A stretch of 28,598 nucleotides of DNA from a virus. Its lineage: Duplodnaviria; Caudoviricetes. The notes under the pieces were generated by a model. It ran no database searches. It was given only the letters and a program-made list of their open reading frames with translations, and was not told where the DNA came from. The position numbers were made by a program, and so were the translations under genes. This document shows, piece after piece, positions 1-9,072 of the stretch (position 1 is its first letter; every line of letters begins with the position of its first letter). The stretch is from positions 1 through 28,598 of the IMG/VR virus record IMGVR_UViG_3300042519_001142; one strand, written 5' to 3'.

Positions 1-1
1 C

Positions 2-712
2 ATAGATCGTATTGACTACTCATCTGACACTTCTACTGCAAGTGTGAGAGGTCCACTATCATCAACTGCTTATTATTATCCATTGGCTTTTGCTGCGACC
101 GGTGATACTACGTACGGATGGTTTGGTGGAGGATACGCAGCCTCTTCTATTGTAAATCGCATAACATATGCGACCGATACAGCAACAGCAACTAAACGCG
201 GCCCTTTAGCTTTGGGTCGAGGTTATTCAGGTGCTACCGGTAATACCACTGACGGTTGGTTTGGTGCCGGGGATGTGGGTGGTTTTAATACTTCATCAGT
301 AAACCGAATAACATATGCAACAGATACAGCCACTGCAAGTGTAAAGGGTCCACTAAGTTTAGCAAGAAGAGGTTTAGCAGCCACTGGCACTACTACATAC
401 GGTTGGTATGCAGGTGGATCTGTAGGTGCTCCATTTTACAATGGAGTATCACTGGTAGATAGAATCACCTATGCAACTGACACTGCTACTGCAAGTGTGA
501 GAGGTACATTAACATCTGCTCGCCAAAATTTTGCTGGAGTAACAGATAGTACTACATATGGTTGGTTTGGTGGTGGTTATGCTTATGGTATTGGACATGT
601 ATCAATAGTGAATAGAATAACATATGCTACTGATACTGCAACAGCAGATGTTCGTGGTCCAATGGCTCTAGTTACTGGAATGTCATCCGGATCTTCTGGT
701 ATAGCATCATAA
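2..712 (+). CDS. Kelch-like beta-propeller repeat protein, 5'-truncated by window edge (probable virion/adhesin protein)
   Basis: The frame is open from nt 2 (IDRIDYSSDTSTASVRGPLS...), so the track start at 44 is not the real start. ~47-50 aa repeats GWFGGG...VNRITYATDTATASVRGPLS. Confidence 0.75.
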   Translation: MDRIDYSSDTSTASVRGPLSSTAYYYPLAFAATGDTTYGWFGGGYAASSIVNRITYATDTATATKRGPLALGRGYSGATGNTTDGWFGAGDVGGFNTSSVNRITYATDTATASVKGPLSLARRGLAATGTTTYGWYAGGSVGAPFYNGVSLVDRITYATDTATASVRGTLTSARQNFAGVTDSTTYGWFGGGYAYGIGHVSIVNRITYATDTATADVRGPMALVTGMSSGSSGIAS

Positions 713-804
713 TATTATGATCCCTTTTTATATATAAAAAATATACAGGAACATTTCAATCACATGCAACCTCAGGCGTACAATAATAGGATAAAGGATA
801 AAGA

Positions 805-1764
805 ATGTCAATAACAATAACAACGGGTGGAATAACAATGACTGGTGGAGGTGTAAGCTTTAGTGCCGCACCACCCTCAGAAGCAACAGCAGGATGGTTT
901 GGGGGAGGATATAGTCCTTTTTACTCAACAGTAGATCGTATTACTTTTGCAACAGATACTGCAACTGCAACAGTTAGAGGACCTTTAAGTACAGCTACCT
1001 TTAGGAATGTAGGGGTTAATACCTTTACTTATGGGTGGAGTGCAGGTGGTAGAGTTCCTGGGAGTCCACCTCAATCAACTATAAGTCGTATTACATATGC
1101 AACTGATACTGCAACTTCAACTAATAGAGGTCCTTTAGCAGGCGCGGTATATGCCGCAGGAGCAACCACTGATAATACTACATATGGCTGGATTACCGCA
1201 GGTGATAACGGTGGCTCCACAAAAACTAATATACAGCGTATAACATATTCAACTGATACCGCAACTGCAAGTAATCGTGGATTTTTGGGTGGGTATCTAG
1301 GAATACGCAGCCTAGCAGGTACCGGTAATAGTACATATGGATGGTTAGGTGGAGGAGAGCCTGGAAACGGAACTGCTAGATCAACTGTTGCTAGAATAGT
1401 TTATGCTACTGATACTAATAATACTACCAATAGAGGTCCATTAAGTTCTGCTAGATATCGGGTAAGTGCAATTGGTAATACTAACTATGGTTGGTTTGCG
1501 GGAGGCCTCCCGGGAACATCAACAATAGACCGTATTGATTTTGCAAACGATACTGCAACAGCCAGTATTCGTGGACCATTAACCTCAGCAAAGTCAGCCA
1601 CTGGCACCGCTGGTAGTAATGATTATGGTTGGATAGCAGGTGGCTCACCCACTACATCCGTCGTTAATCGTATTGATTATGCCAATGATACTACTACCAC
1701 TAGCACTAAAGGTCCATTAAGTTTAGCTAGACATAGTATGGCAGGTATGTCAGGCATACAATAA
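805..1764 (+). CDS. Six-bladed Kelch-like beta-propeller protein, paralog of upstream gene
   Basis: Six GW-x-x-GG...RI(T/D)(Y/F)A(T/N)DT...RGPL repeats, a short N-terminal Gly/Thr-rich segment, and AAGGA SD upstream. Confidence 0.8.
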   Translation: MSITITTGGITMTGGGVSFSAAPPSEATAGWFGGGYSPFYSTVDRITFATDTATATVRGPLSTATFRNVGVNTFTYGWSAGGRVPGSPPQSTISRITYATDTATSTNRGPLAGAVYAAGATTDNTTYGWITAGDNGGSTKTNIQRITYSTDTATASNRGFLGGYLGIRSLAGTGNSTYGWLGGGEPGNGTARSTVARIVYATDTNNTTNRGPLSSARYRVSAIGNTNYGWFAGGLPGTSTIDRIDFANDTATASIRGPLTSAKSATGTAGSNDYGWIAGGSPTTSVVNRIDYANDTTTTSTKGPLSLARHSMAGMSGIQ

Positions 1765-1788
1765 AATATACGGGTAAGCTATCTCTAC

Positions 1789-1796
1789 TATAAATA
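1789..1796 (+). promoter_or_regulatory. T4-like late promoter (TATAAATA)
   Basis: Exact T4 late -10 consensus in an intergenic gap, followed by AGGAG SD and ATG 1819. Confidence 0.65.
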
Positions 1797-1818
1797 TTTT
1801 TATATCAGGAGATAAAAC

Positions 1819-2613
1819 ATGACACAACGTATTCTTATTATGGGCTTGCCCGGCGCCGGTAAAACTTATCTGGCACAACATCTACTAGGACATCTACAAA
1901 CAGCTAACAAACGTGTAGCTTGGCTTAACGCCGACGATGTACGTAAAAAATATAACGACTGGGACTTCAGTAAAGAGGGTCGAATTCGTCAAAGTCTACG
2001 TATGCGTGAACTAGCAGATGCAATGACCGATGTTGATTACGTCATCTGCGATTTTGTTGCACCATTAGTTGAAATGCGTAATAACTTCAAAGCTGATTGG
2101 ACAATCTGGGTTGATACAATCACTGAAGGTAGATACGAAGATACTAATAAAGCATTCGTCCCACCAGAGGTATATGACTTCCGTATCACAGAACAAAATA
2201 GTGAAAAATGGAGTGAGTTCATCTTTGCACATATATACGACAATAGACGTAGACCTACATTTGATTGGAAAAAAGAAACAGTCCAGCAACTTGGTAGGTG
2301 GCAACCATGGCACGAAGGTCATCGTGCATTGTTTGAACGACTTATCCAAAAAACAGGACAAGTTGTTATTCAAATACGTGACTGTCAGGGATGGCAAGGA
2401 AGTAACCCATTTGAAATAGAAAAGGTCAAATCATTCATTAAACGTGATTTGGATATGCTATATCAGGGTCAATATGAAATTCAAGTGGTACCTAATATTG
2501 TACATATTGGATATGGCAGAGGTGTCGGATATACTATCGCAGAAGAAAAGTTTGATGATGCTATAACACAAATATCAGGAACTGCTATTAGGAAAAAATT
2601 AGGACTAACTTAA
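1819..2613 (+). CDS. Adenylylsulfate-kinase-like P-loop kinase fused to HxGH nucleotidyltransferase domain
   Basis: N-terminal GLPGAGKT Walker A and LNADDVR (CysC-like). C-terminal GRWQPWHEGH (cytidylyltransferase/NMNAT-like HxGH) and ISGTAIRK. Confidence 0.8.
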   Translation: MTQRILIMGLPGAGKTYLAQHLLGHLQTANKRVAWLNADDVRKKYNDWDFSKEGRIRQSLRMRELADAMTDVDYVICDFVAPLVEMRNNFKADWTIWVDTITEGRYEDTNKAFVPPEVYDFRITEQNSEKWSEFIFAHIYDNRRRPTFDWKKETVQQLGRWQPWHEGHRALFERLIQKTGQVVIQIRDCQGWQGSNPFEIEKVKSFIKRDLDMLYQGQYEIQVVPNIVHIGYGRGVGYTIAEEKFDDAITQISGTAIRKKLGLT

Positions 2614-2644
2614 ATGTTTGGGTGTTGGCACGATAAATAGATGT

Positions 2645-3259
2645 ATGGACTCATTTGTTTATTGCTGGATCAACACAACGCTTAATAAAATCTATATCGG
2701 ATGGCATAAGGGAAAAGAAGATGATGGATATATTTGTTCGTCAGCTTCTTCCTATTTTTGGAACGATTATAATAATTCAAATTATAAATGGGAAAGAATA
2801 ATTGTATATAAAGGTACTATGCCAGAGTGCCAGCTAATGGAATCGACCTTACTAGATAGTATAGATATAACATCTGACGATGTATACAATAATAGAAATA
2901 ATTTAATGTTTAATTTAACAGATGAGGTGCGAATGAAATTAAAAAAAGCTGCCTTAAATAGAGGTAAAGATCCAAAATACAGACAACTACAAGCTGAAAG
3001 AACTAGAGCAAGTTGGGAAGCAAATCCAGAACGTAGGATTATACAAAGTGAAAAAGCCAAACAACAAGTAGTGACTGATGAAACTAAAACAAAAATAAAA
3101 CTAGCAAGGTCTAAACAGATTATTACTTCAGAGTCACGTGATAAAGCTTCAGCCAAAATTAAGAATGCACCTAATGTTATATGTCCCCACTGTAACAAAA
3201 CTGGAAGATATTTAGGTAGTATGAAAAAGAAACATTTTGAAAATTGTCCAGATAAATGA
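2645..3259 (+). CDS. Seg-like GIY-YIG homing endonuclease with C-terminal CxxC/H/C module
   Basis: FVYCW...IYIGWHKG...DGYICSS GIY-YIG variant, NUMOD3-like basic segments, CPHCNKTG...HFENC. ATG 2645 preferred over the TTG start in the track. Confidence 0.75.
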   Translation: MDSFVYCWINTTLNKIYIGWHKGKEDDGYICSSASSYFWNDYNNSNYKWERIIVYKGTMPECQLMESTLLDSIDITSDDVYNNRNNLMFNLTDEVRMKLKKAALNRGKDPKYRQLQAERTRASWEANPERRIIQSEKAKQQVVTDETKTKIKLARSKQIITSESRDKASAKIKNAPNVICPHCNKTGRYLGSMKKKHFENCPDK

Positions 3260-3293
3260 CAGAAGTGACTCATTTTAGATAAGTAGTTATCTA

Positions 3294-3731
3294 ATGAATA
3301 CATTTCAATCGTCTTACGACAATAGATTACAATCTTGGTATAATTTACGCAATCAAATCAAAAACTTTGATTTATCTCAACAATGTGTGGAAATTGACAA
3401 ATGGTGGCAATATGCCCCATTAGTCAACCACTATCTACACCCAATTGATTTACCCACTTGGCCCGGTCCTTGGGAGCTTTTGGTAGAAAACACCTACTGT
3501 ACGCTTGCAAGAGGACTAGGAATGTGCTATACTCTACTATTAATGAATATTACTGATATAGAGTTTGTGTTAGCTACTGATAGTCAAGGCAATGACACAT
3601 CATTAGTCTTGGTAGACAACGCAAAATATATACTTAATTACTGGCCTGGGACGGTGATAAGTAATAATCTACAAGATTTTAAAATAGTACAACAATTAGA
3701 TATAACAATAATTAATAAGAAAATAGGGTAA
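3294..3731 (+). CDS. Hypothetical protein
   Basis: 145-aa ORF tiling directly up to nrdA. Confidence 0.75.
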   Translation: MNTFQSSYDNRLQSWYNLRNQIKNFDLSQQCVEIDKWWQYAPLVNHYLHPIDLPTWPGPWELLVENTYCTLARGLGMCYTLLLMNITDIEFVLATDSQGNDTSLVLVDNAKYILNYWPGTVISNNLQDFKIVQQLDITIINKKIG

Positions 3732-3734
3732 AAT

Positions 3735-6053
3735 ATGAAGATATACGTCACCAAAAGAGATGGGACAAAAGAGCCATTGATGTTAGAAAAATGGCAAGCG
3801 CAAGTGGCAAAAATATGTGTAGGGATAGCTGATGTTAGCCCTTCAATGGTAGAGATAAAATCACAACTACACTTCTATGATGGGATTTCAACACAAGAAA
3901 TTGATGGAATTACATTACGTGCGGTAGTTGACTTGATTGATGTAGAAAATAATCCAGATGTAGGACATACAAACTATCAATATGTAGCAGGTAAACAACG
4001 ATTATCTATGCTTAGGAAGGATGTGTATGGCAATTACGAACCTCCCCGTCTGTATGATATCGTAGTAACTAATGTGGCTACAGGATTATATACACCAGAA
4101 TTACTAGAATGGTATAGTGAAGAAGATTGGAACAAGATGGATGACATGCTTGACCACTCTAAGGACGAGCAATATAGTTATGCCGCCATTGAACAATTGA
4201 TTGAAAAATATCTAGTAAAGAATAGATCAACAAAACAAACTTATGAAACACCTCAAATTAGATACATGGTTGCAGCCGCTACAGTCTTTCACAAGGAAGA
4301 ACCTAATAATGCCCGTATGCGTTATATCAAAGAATATTATAATGCAGCCAGTGATGGGTTGTTCACTCTTGCTACTCCTGTTCTCGCTGGTCTTGGCACT
4401 CCTACTAAACAGTTTAGTAGTTGCGTACTTATCCGCAGTGACGATGATTTGGACAGTATATTTGCTAGTGGAGAAATGATGGCAAAATATGCTAGCAAAC
4501 GTGCTGGCATAGGTTTAGAAATTGGTAGACTACGACCATTAGGATCACCTATTCGTGGTGGAGAGATTATGCACACCGGCATGATACCATTCTTAAAGAA
4601 ATGGTTCGGTGACTTAAGAAGTTGCAGTCAAGGAGGTATTCGTAATGCAAGTGCTACTGTATTTTATCCCATTTGGCATCATCAGTTTGATGACCTTATC
4701 GTACTTAAAAACAATCAAGGAACAGACGAAACTAGAGTCAGGTTCATGGACTATGGGGTTGTTCTTAGTGCATTCTTCTGGAGACGATTCAAAAACAAAG
4801 AACAAATAACATTCTTTGATCCTAATGAAGTACCTGATCTTTATCAAGCATTCTATAGTAATACAGAATTGTTTGAAGAACTATACGTTAAATATGAAAA
4901 ACGTAAAGACTTGAGAAAGAAAACAATGTCGGCTGAAGAAGTATTCAAGTCAGGCATTCTTAAAGAACGAACAGATACAGGACGTATATACTTAGTGTTC
5001 GTTGACAATGTTATGAAACAAGGACCATTTGATCCTGAGTATCATACAATTTACCAGAGTAACTTATGCTGTGAAATTCTTTTACCTACTAAATCCTTTA
5101 AACGTCTGGATGACAGCGATGGTCGTATCGCTCTTTGCACATTGGGCAGTATCAATTGGGGTGCGTTCCGTAACCCAGAAGATATGCGCCGTGCTTGTCG
5201 CATATTGCATCGTAGCCTCAATAACATTCTTGACTATCAAGATTTTCTATCCATTCAATCTAAATTATCAAACGATGAAATCAGACCTCTTGGAATTGGA
5301 ATCACTAATCTTGCCTACTGGCATGCCAAGCGAAGTCTCAGATACGGAGAAAAAGACGCATTGGCTGAAGTCAAGACGTGGATGGAACACTTATCCTACT
5401 ATCTAACTGAAGCAAGTGTAGAATTAGCACAAGAACGTGGTCGTTGTGAACATAGTGATAAAACACGGTATGGTCAAGGTATCTTCCCTTGGGAATTACG
5501 TGCTAAAGGTGTTAACGAATTAACAAACTTTGATCCTGAATTAAATTGGGAAGGACTACGTGCCATGATGCGTAGTCATGGTGTCCGTAATGCTACACAA
5601 ATGGCTGTTGCTCCAGTAGAATCAAGCAGTGTAGTAATTAATAGTACAAATGGTATTGAAATGCCAATGAGTTTAATTTCAGTTAAAGAAAGTAAAGCAG
5701 GAAGTTTTGTACAAGTTGTTCCAGAATATCATAAGTTGAAGAATAAATATCAATTGATGTGGGATCAAAAAGACTGTGATGGTTACTTAAAAACAGCGGC
5801 AGTGATTGCGGCTTATGTGGATCAAAGCCTGAGCACTAATACGTTTTATAATCCGGCACACTTCCCTGAACGTAAAGTCCCAACAACATTGATTGCTAAG
5901 AACTTGATGCAGGCACATGTTTGGGGATTAAAAACATTCTACTATAGCTTGATTAACAAAGCAGGTAGTAAGAGTCAAGATGAAACTGTATTAGATTTGC
6001 CAAGTGGCTTTAATGATATGGATGAAGAAGATTGCGAAGCATGTAAGCTTTAA
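3735..6053 (+). CDS. nrdA: Ribonucleotide reductase class Ia alpha subunit
   Basis: N-terminal ATP cone (VTKRDG), FSSC, SQGGIRN, QSNLCCEI, KTFYY and C-terminal CEAC. Normal length with no intein visible. Confidence 0.97.
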   Translation: MKIYVTKRDGTKEPLMLEKWQAQVAKICVGIADVSPSMVEIKSQLHFYDGISTQEIDGITLRAVVDLIDVENNPDVGHTNYQYVAGKQRLSMLRKDVYGNYEPPRLYDIVVTNVATGLYTPELLEWYSEEDWNKMDDMLDHSKDEQYSYAAIEQLIEKYLVKNRSTKQTYETPQIRYMVAAATVFHKEEPNNARMRYIKEYYNAASDGLFTLATPVLAGLGTPTKQFSSCVLIRSDDDLDSIFASGEMMAKYASKRAGIGLEIGRLRPLGSPIRGGEIMHTGMIPFLKKWFGDLRSCSQGGIRNASATVFYPIWHHQFDDLIVLKNNQGTDETRVRFMDYGVVLSAFFWRRFKNKEQITFFDPNEVPDLYQAFYSNTELFEELYVKYEKRKDLRKKTMSAEEVFKSGILKERTDTGRIYLVFVDNVMKQGPFDPEYHTIYQSNLCCEILLPTKSFKRLDDSDGRIALCTLGSINWGAFRNPEDMRRACRILHRSLNNILDYQDFLSIQSKLSNDEIRPLGIGITNLAYWHAKRSLRYGEKDALAEVKTWMEHLSYYLTEASVELAQERGRCEHSDKTRYGQGIFPWELRAKGVNELTNFDPELNWEGLRAMMRSHGVRNATQMAVAPVESSSVVINSTNGIEMPMSLISVKESKAGSFVQVVPEYHKLKNKYQLMWDQKDCDGYLKTAAVIAAYVDQSLSTNTFYNPAHFPERKVPTTLIAKNLMQAHVWGLKTFYYSLINKAGSKSQDETVLDLPSGFNDMDEEDCEACKL

Positions 6054-6062
6054 GGAAAAACA

Positions 6063-7163
6063 ATGTCAAAACAACAATACAACTTAAACACTAAAACAGA
6101 TTATTTGAATAGAAAAATGTTTTTGGATCCGGAAGGTCCCGTAACCATTCAAAGGTTTGAGGAGGTGAAATATAAAAAGATTGCAGACTTTGAAACAACG
6201 GCACGTGGTTTCTTCTGGGTTCCAGAAGAGATTTCATTAACCAAAGATGCCAATGATTTCAAAGATGCATCAGATGCGGTTAAACATATCTTTACTAGTA
6301 ATCTGTTACGTCAAACAGCACTAGATAGTTTACAGGGTAGAGGTCCAACTCAAGTGTTTACTCCGGTAGTATCCTTACCTGAACTAGAAGCATTGATGTT
6401 TAATTGGGGATTTTTTGAATCAAATATTCATAGTAGGTCATACAGTCACATCATTCGTAACATATATAATGTACCCAAAGATGTATTCAATACAATACAT
6501 GATACAAAAGAGATTGTTGACATGGCAAGTAGTGTGGGTCTTTACTATGATGAACTACATAAAGTTAACTGTCGCAAAGAGTTAGGGCAAGATGTAAACG
6601 AGAAAGAACACATCAAAGCAATTTACATGGCATTACATGCTAGTTACGCATTGGAAGCATTTAGATTTATGGTATCATTTGCTACTAGTTTAGCAATGGT
6701 TGAGAACAAAATCTTTATTGGTAATGGTAACATTATCAGTTTAATTCTCCAAGATGAACTTCTCCATAAAGGTTGGACTGCTTACCTTATTAATCAAGTT
6801 GTAAAAGAAGATAGTCGTTTTGCACAAGTTAAATCAGAATGCGAAGTTGAAGTCTATCAACTATACCTAGATGTTATTAAAGAAGAAAAAGACTGGGCTG
6901 ATTATCTATTTAAGATGGGCCCTGTTATTGGATTAAATGCAACAGTATTAAAAGACTTTGTAGATTATACGGCCGTAGGTGCATTAAAAGAAATTGGCAT
7001 ACGATATAATAGTCCATCGCCAAAGAGTACACCTATTCCCTGGTTTAACAAGCACTCCGATACCAGTAAGAAACAATCTGCATTGCAAGAAACTGAATCA
7101 ACAAATTACGTTATAGGTGTAATGAGTGAATCATTAAACTATGATGACTTACCAAATATTTAA
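6063..7163 (+). CDS. nrdB: Ribonucleotide reductase class Ia beta subunit
   Basis: FFWVPEEISL, LDSLQGR, IHSRSY (radical Tyr), LEAFRF, DELLH and C-terminal QETESTNY. Confidence 0.96.
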   Translation: MSKQQYNLNTKTDYLNRKMFLDPEGPVTIQRFEEVKYKKIADFETTARGFFWVPEEISLTKDANDFKDASDAVKHIFTSNLLRQTALDSLQGRGPTQVFTPVVSLPELEALMFNWGFFESNIHSRSYSHIIRNIYNVPKDVFNTIHDTKEIVDMASSVGLYYDELHKVNCRKELGQDVNEKEHIKAIYMALHASYALEAFRFMVSFATSLAMVENKIFIGNGNIISLILQDELLHKGWTAYLINQVVKEDSRFAQVKSECEVEVYQLYLDVIKEEKDWADYLFKMGPVIGLNATVLKDFVDYTAVGALKEIGIRYNSPSPKSTPIPWFNKHSDTSKKQSALQETESTNYVIGVMSESLNYDDLPNI

Positions 7164-7174
7164 AAGGAAATAAA

Positions 7175-7405
7175 ATGAAGGCAATTATTTGGTCTAAGTA
7201 CCATTGTCCCTACTGCGACCAAGCAAAGGCGCTATTAACAAGTAAAGGTATACAATTTGAAGAACGTAAGATCGGAGATGGATATACTAAAGAAGAATTG
7301 CTTGAAGCAATACCGTCAGCAAGAACAGTACCACAAATCATTTTAGATGACGTACTAATCGGTGGTTTCACCGAACTCAAACAAAAATTAACAGAAAGTA
7401 TCTAA
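7175..7405 (+). CDS. Glutaredoxin
   Basis: CPYC active site, RTVPQI and IGGF; directly follows nrdB. Confidence 0.93.
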   Translation: MKAIIWSKYHCPYCDQAKALLTSKGIQFEERKIGDGYTKEELLEAIPSARTVPQIILDDVLIGGFTELKQKLTESI

Positions 7406-7710
7406 TGAAAATAACAATCGAATCAAATACAGTATATACATTTAAGCTTAACTCGGGAGAAGAACTTATAGCTAAAGTTGTTCAATCAGGTGGGGAATTT
7501 ATTCATATTGAAGAACCAGTATCTATTGCCCCTTCACAACAGGGAATGCAAATGATTCCAAGTATTTTTACTGCAAATCCGAAGGGTGAATTTAAGCTAA
7601 ATACTACTAGTGTTGCAATGTATGCAGAGACCGATGATAGCATCAAAGACAAGTACCTAGAAGCAACAACTGGCATTAAGGTACCTAGTAAAAAAATCGT
7701 ATTGGGATAA
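7405..7710 (+). CDS. Hypothetical protein, possibly Sm-like fold
   Basis: FKLNSGEELIAKV motif. TAATG coupling to the glutaredoxin gene. Confidence 0.6.
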   Translation: MKITIESNTVYTFKLNSGEELIAKVVQSGGEFIHIEEPVSIAPSQQGMQMIPSIFTANPKGEFKLNTTSVAMYAETDDSIKDKYLEATTGIKVPSKKIVLG

Positions 7711-7711
7711 A

Positions 7712-7996
7712 ATGGCAAAGTTAAGTCGTGTAGGTGATACAAATCAGGAAGGTGGCGCAATAATGCGTGGTGCCGATACTGTATTTGCTAATGGAATTAA
7801 AGTTGGATTACATGTTAGTTCTATAACGCCACACGCTCCTTGGGCCAAAAAACCCCATCCACCTCATAAAGCGGCAACAACTACTGATGGTAGTCCAACT
7901 GTGTTTTGTGAAGGTGTACCAGTACTCAGAGTAGGGTCAGGAAACAGTTGCGGTCATAGTATCGTACAAGGTAGTCCTGATGTGTTTTGTCCATGA
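7712..7996 (+). CDS. PAAR-repeat spike tip protein (gp5.4-like)
   Basis: LSRVGD, TVFANG, GSPTVFCEGVPVLRVGSGNSCGH, GSPDVF. Confidence 0.9.
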   Translation: MAKLSRVGDTNQEGGAIMRGADTVFANGIKVGLHVSSITPHAPWAKKPHPPHKAATTTDGSPTVFCEGVPVLRVGSGNSCGHSIVQGSPDVFCP

Positions 7997-9072
7997 GCGA
8001 TACAGGAAAACAAAGCCCATTAGGCGTTAATACATTAAGTTCATTATTACAAAATATTGGATTTAATATTAACCCTATAATGATTGATTATGTAGGTAGC
8101 AGTAATAGCGTTACACAATACACACCTGGTAGTATTATTACTATCACTTGTTTATTACCGTTAACATATGCTATCAAAGATGCTTATACTAGAGGGCTAG
8201 TTAATAGCACAACTTACAATAATCTAATTGCAATTGGATCGACCTCAATTCCCGGAATGGGTAATAGTCCTCCAACTACTTTTAATTGGACAGGATATCC
8301 CAATTGGGCTAGTAATTACACATATACTAATTCAGTAACACAATGGGGTTATACCAGATTATTTGCATTGCAAGCATATAATGAGTTTAACTATAATAGT
8401 GGGTTGTCATTGGGCCCAGATAAGTATCAAGATTTTCTATCTGGCTTCATGTCAAATTATAGTTTTATCGAATATAGTAATGATGCTATTTTAGCAGTAA
8501 ATAATTCACAAGACTTTTTAGATGGTACATATAGTAATATAGACGATCTAATTACAGGTGATATTACCGGGGTAAGTGTAGCAACTACTATATTTGGACA
8601 AGATTTAATTACTAGTGGTAAAGCAATTAGTCTACAATCTATTGCGACATTTGGTTTACCCAGTAATCTATTAATGACATTACAAAAAAACAATTGTATT
8701 ACTTCTTCAGTAAGTCTTGCATTAATTGCTAGTGGTATATCAGTATCAGAGTTGAGTGAGATAACATCATTAGCTGTACCTATATCTAAAGAACAAGAAC
8801 GTAAAATATACGGTGCATTTGGTATTATATTAGGACAAGATTTGAAAGATGTATTAGTGTCATTAAATTGTAAGACAGTTGGTTTGGAATCACTGGCTGA
8901 TTTGTTAAGTCCAATAAAGTTGTTCCCTAATAGCTATAAAACCTTAACAGTTCCTGTGTACAATACAGTCGGTGGCAATGCTAATAGTAAAATATATTAT
9001 CCTATATATGTTAATGACGGATTGAATAGTCAGTTAGGATCACCTACAGCGCAAAATGGAGTAGTAAATTAA
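7993..9072 (+). CDS. Hypothetical, probable virion/baseplate-associated protein
   Basis: ATG 7993 overlaps the PAAR stop (ATGA). Ser/Thr/Asn-rich. Function inferred from position only. Confidence 0.6.
   Translation: MSDTGKQSPLGVNTLSSLLQNIGFNINPIMIDYVGSSNSVTQYTPGSIITITCLLPLTYAIKDAYTRGLVNSTTYNNLIAIGSTSIPGMGNSPPTTFNWTGYPNWASNYTYTNSVTQWGYTRLFALQAYNEFNYNSGLSLGPDKYQDFLSGFMSNYSFIEYSNDAILAVNNSQDFLDGTYSNIDDLITGDITGVSVATTIFGQDLITSGKAISLQSIATFGLPSNLLMTLQKNNCITSSVSLALIASGISVSELSEITSLAVPISKEQERKIYGAFGIILGQDLKDVLVSLNCKTVGLESLADLLSPIKLFPNSYKTLTVPVYNTVGGNANSKIYYPIYVNDGLNSQLGSPTAQNGVVN

Noticed and set aside
2-1764. Recurring DNA repeats (ACATATGCAACTGATACTGCAAC-like) as a CRISPR array or DGR template
   Set aside because: They are degenerate, in-frame protein repeats at ~140-150 nt period. 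No cas or reverse transcriptase gene is present and there is no adenine-specific TR/VR pair.
3735-7163. Inteins or group I introns in nrdA/nrdB
   Set aside because: Both are normal length and colinear with class Ia motifs.
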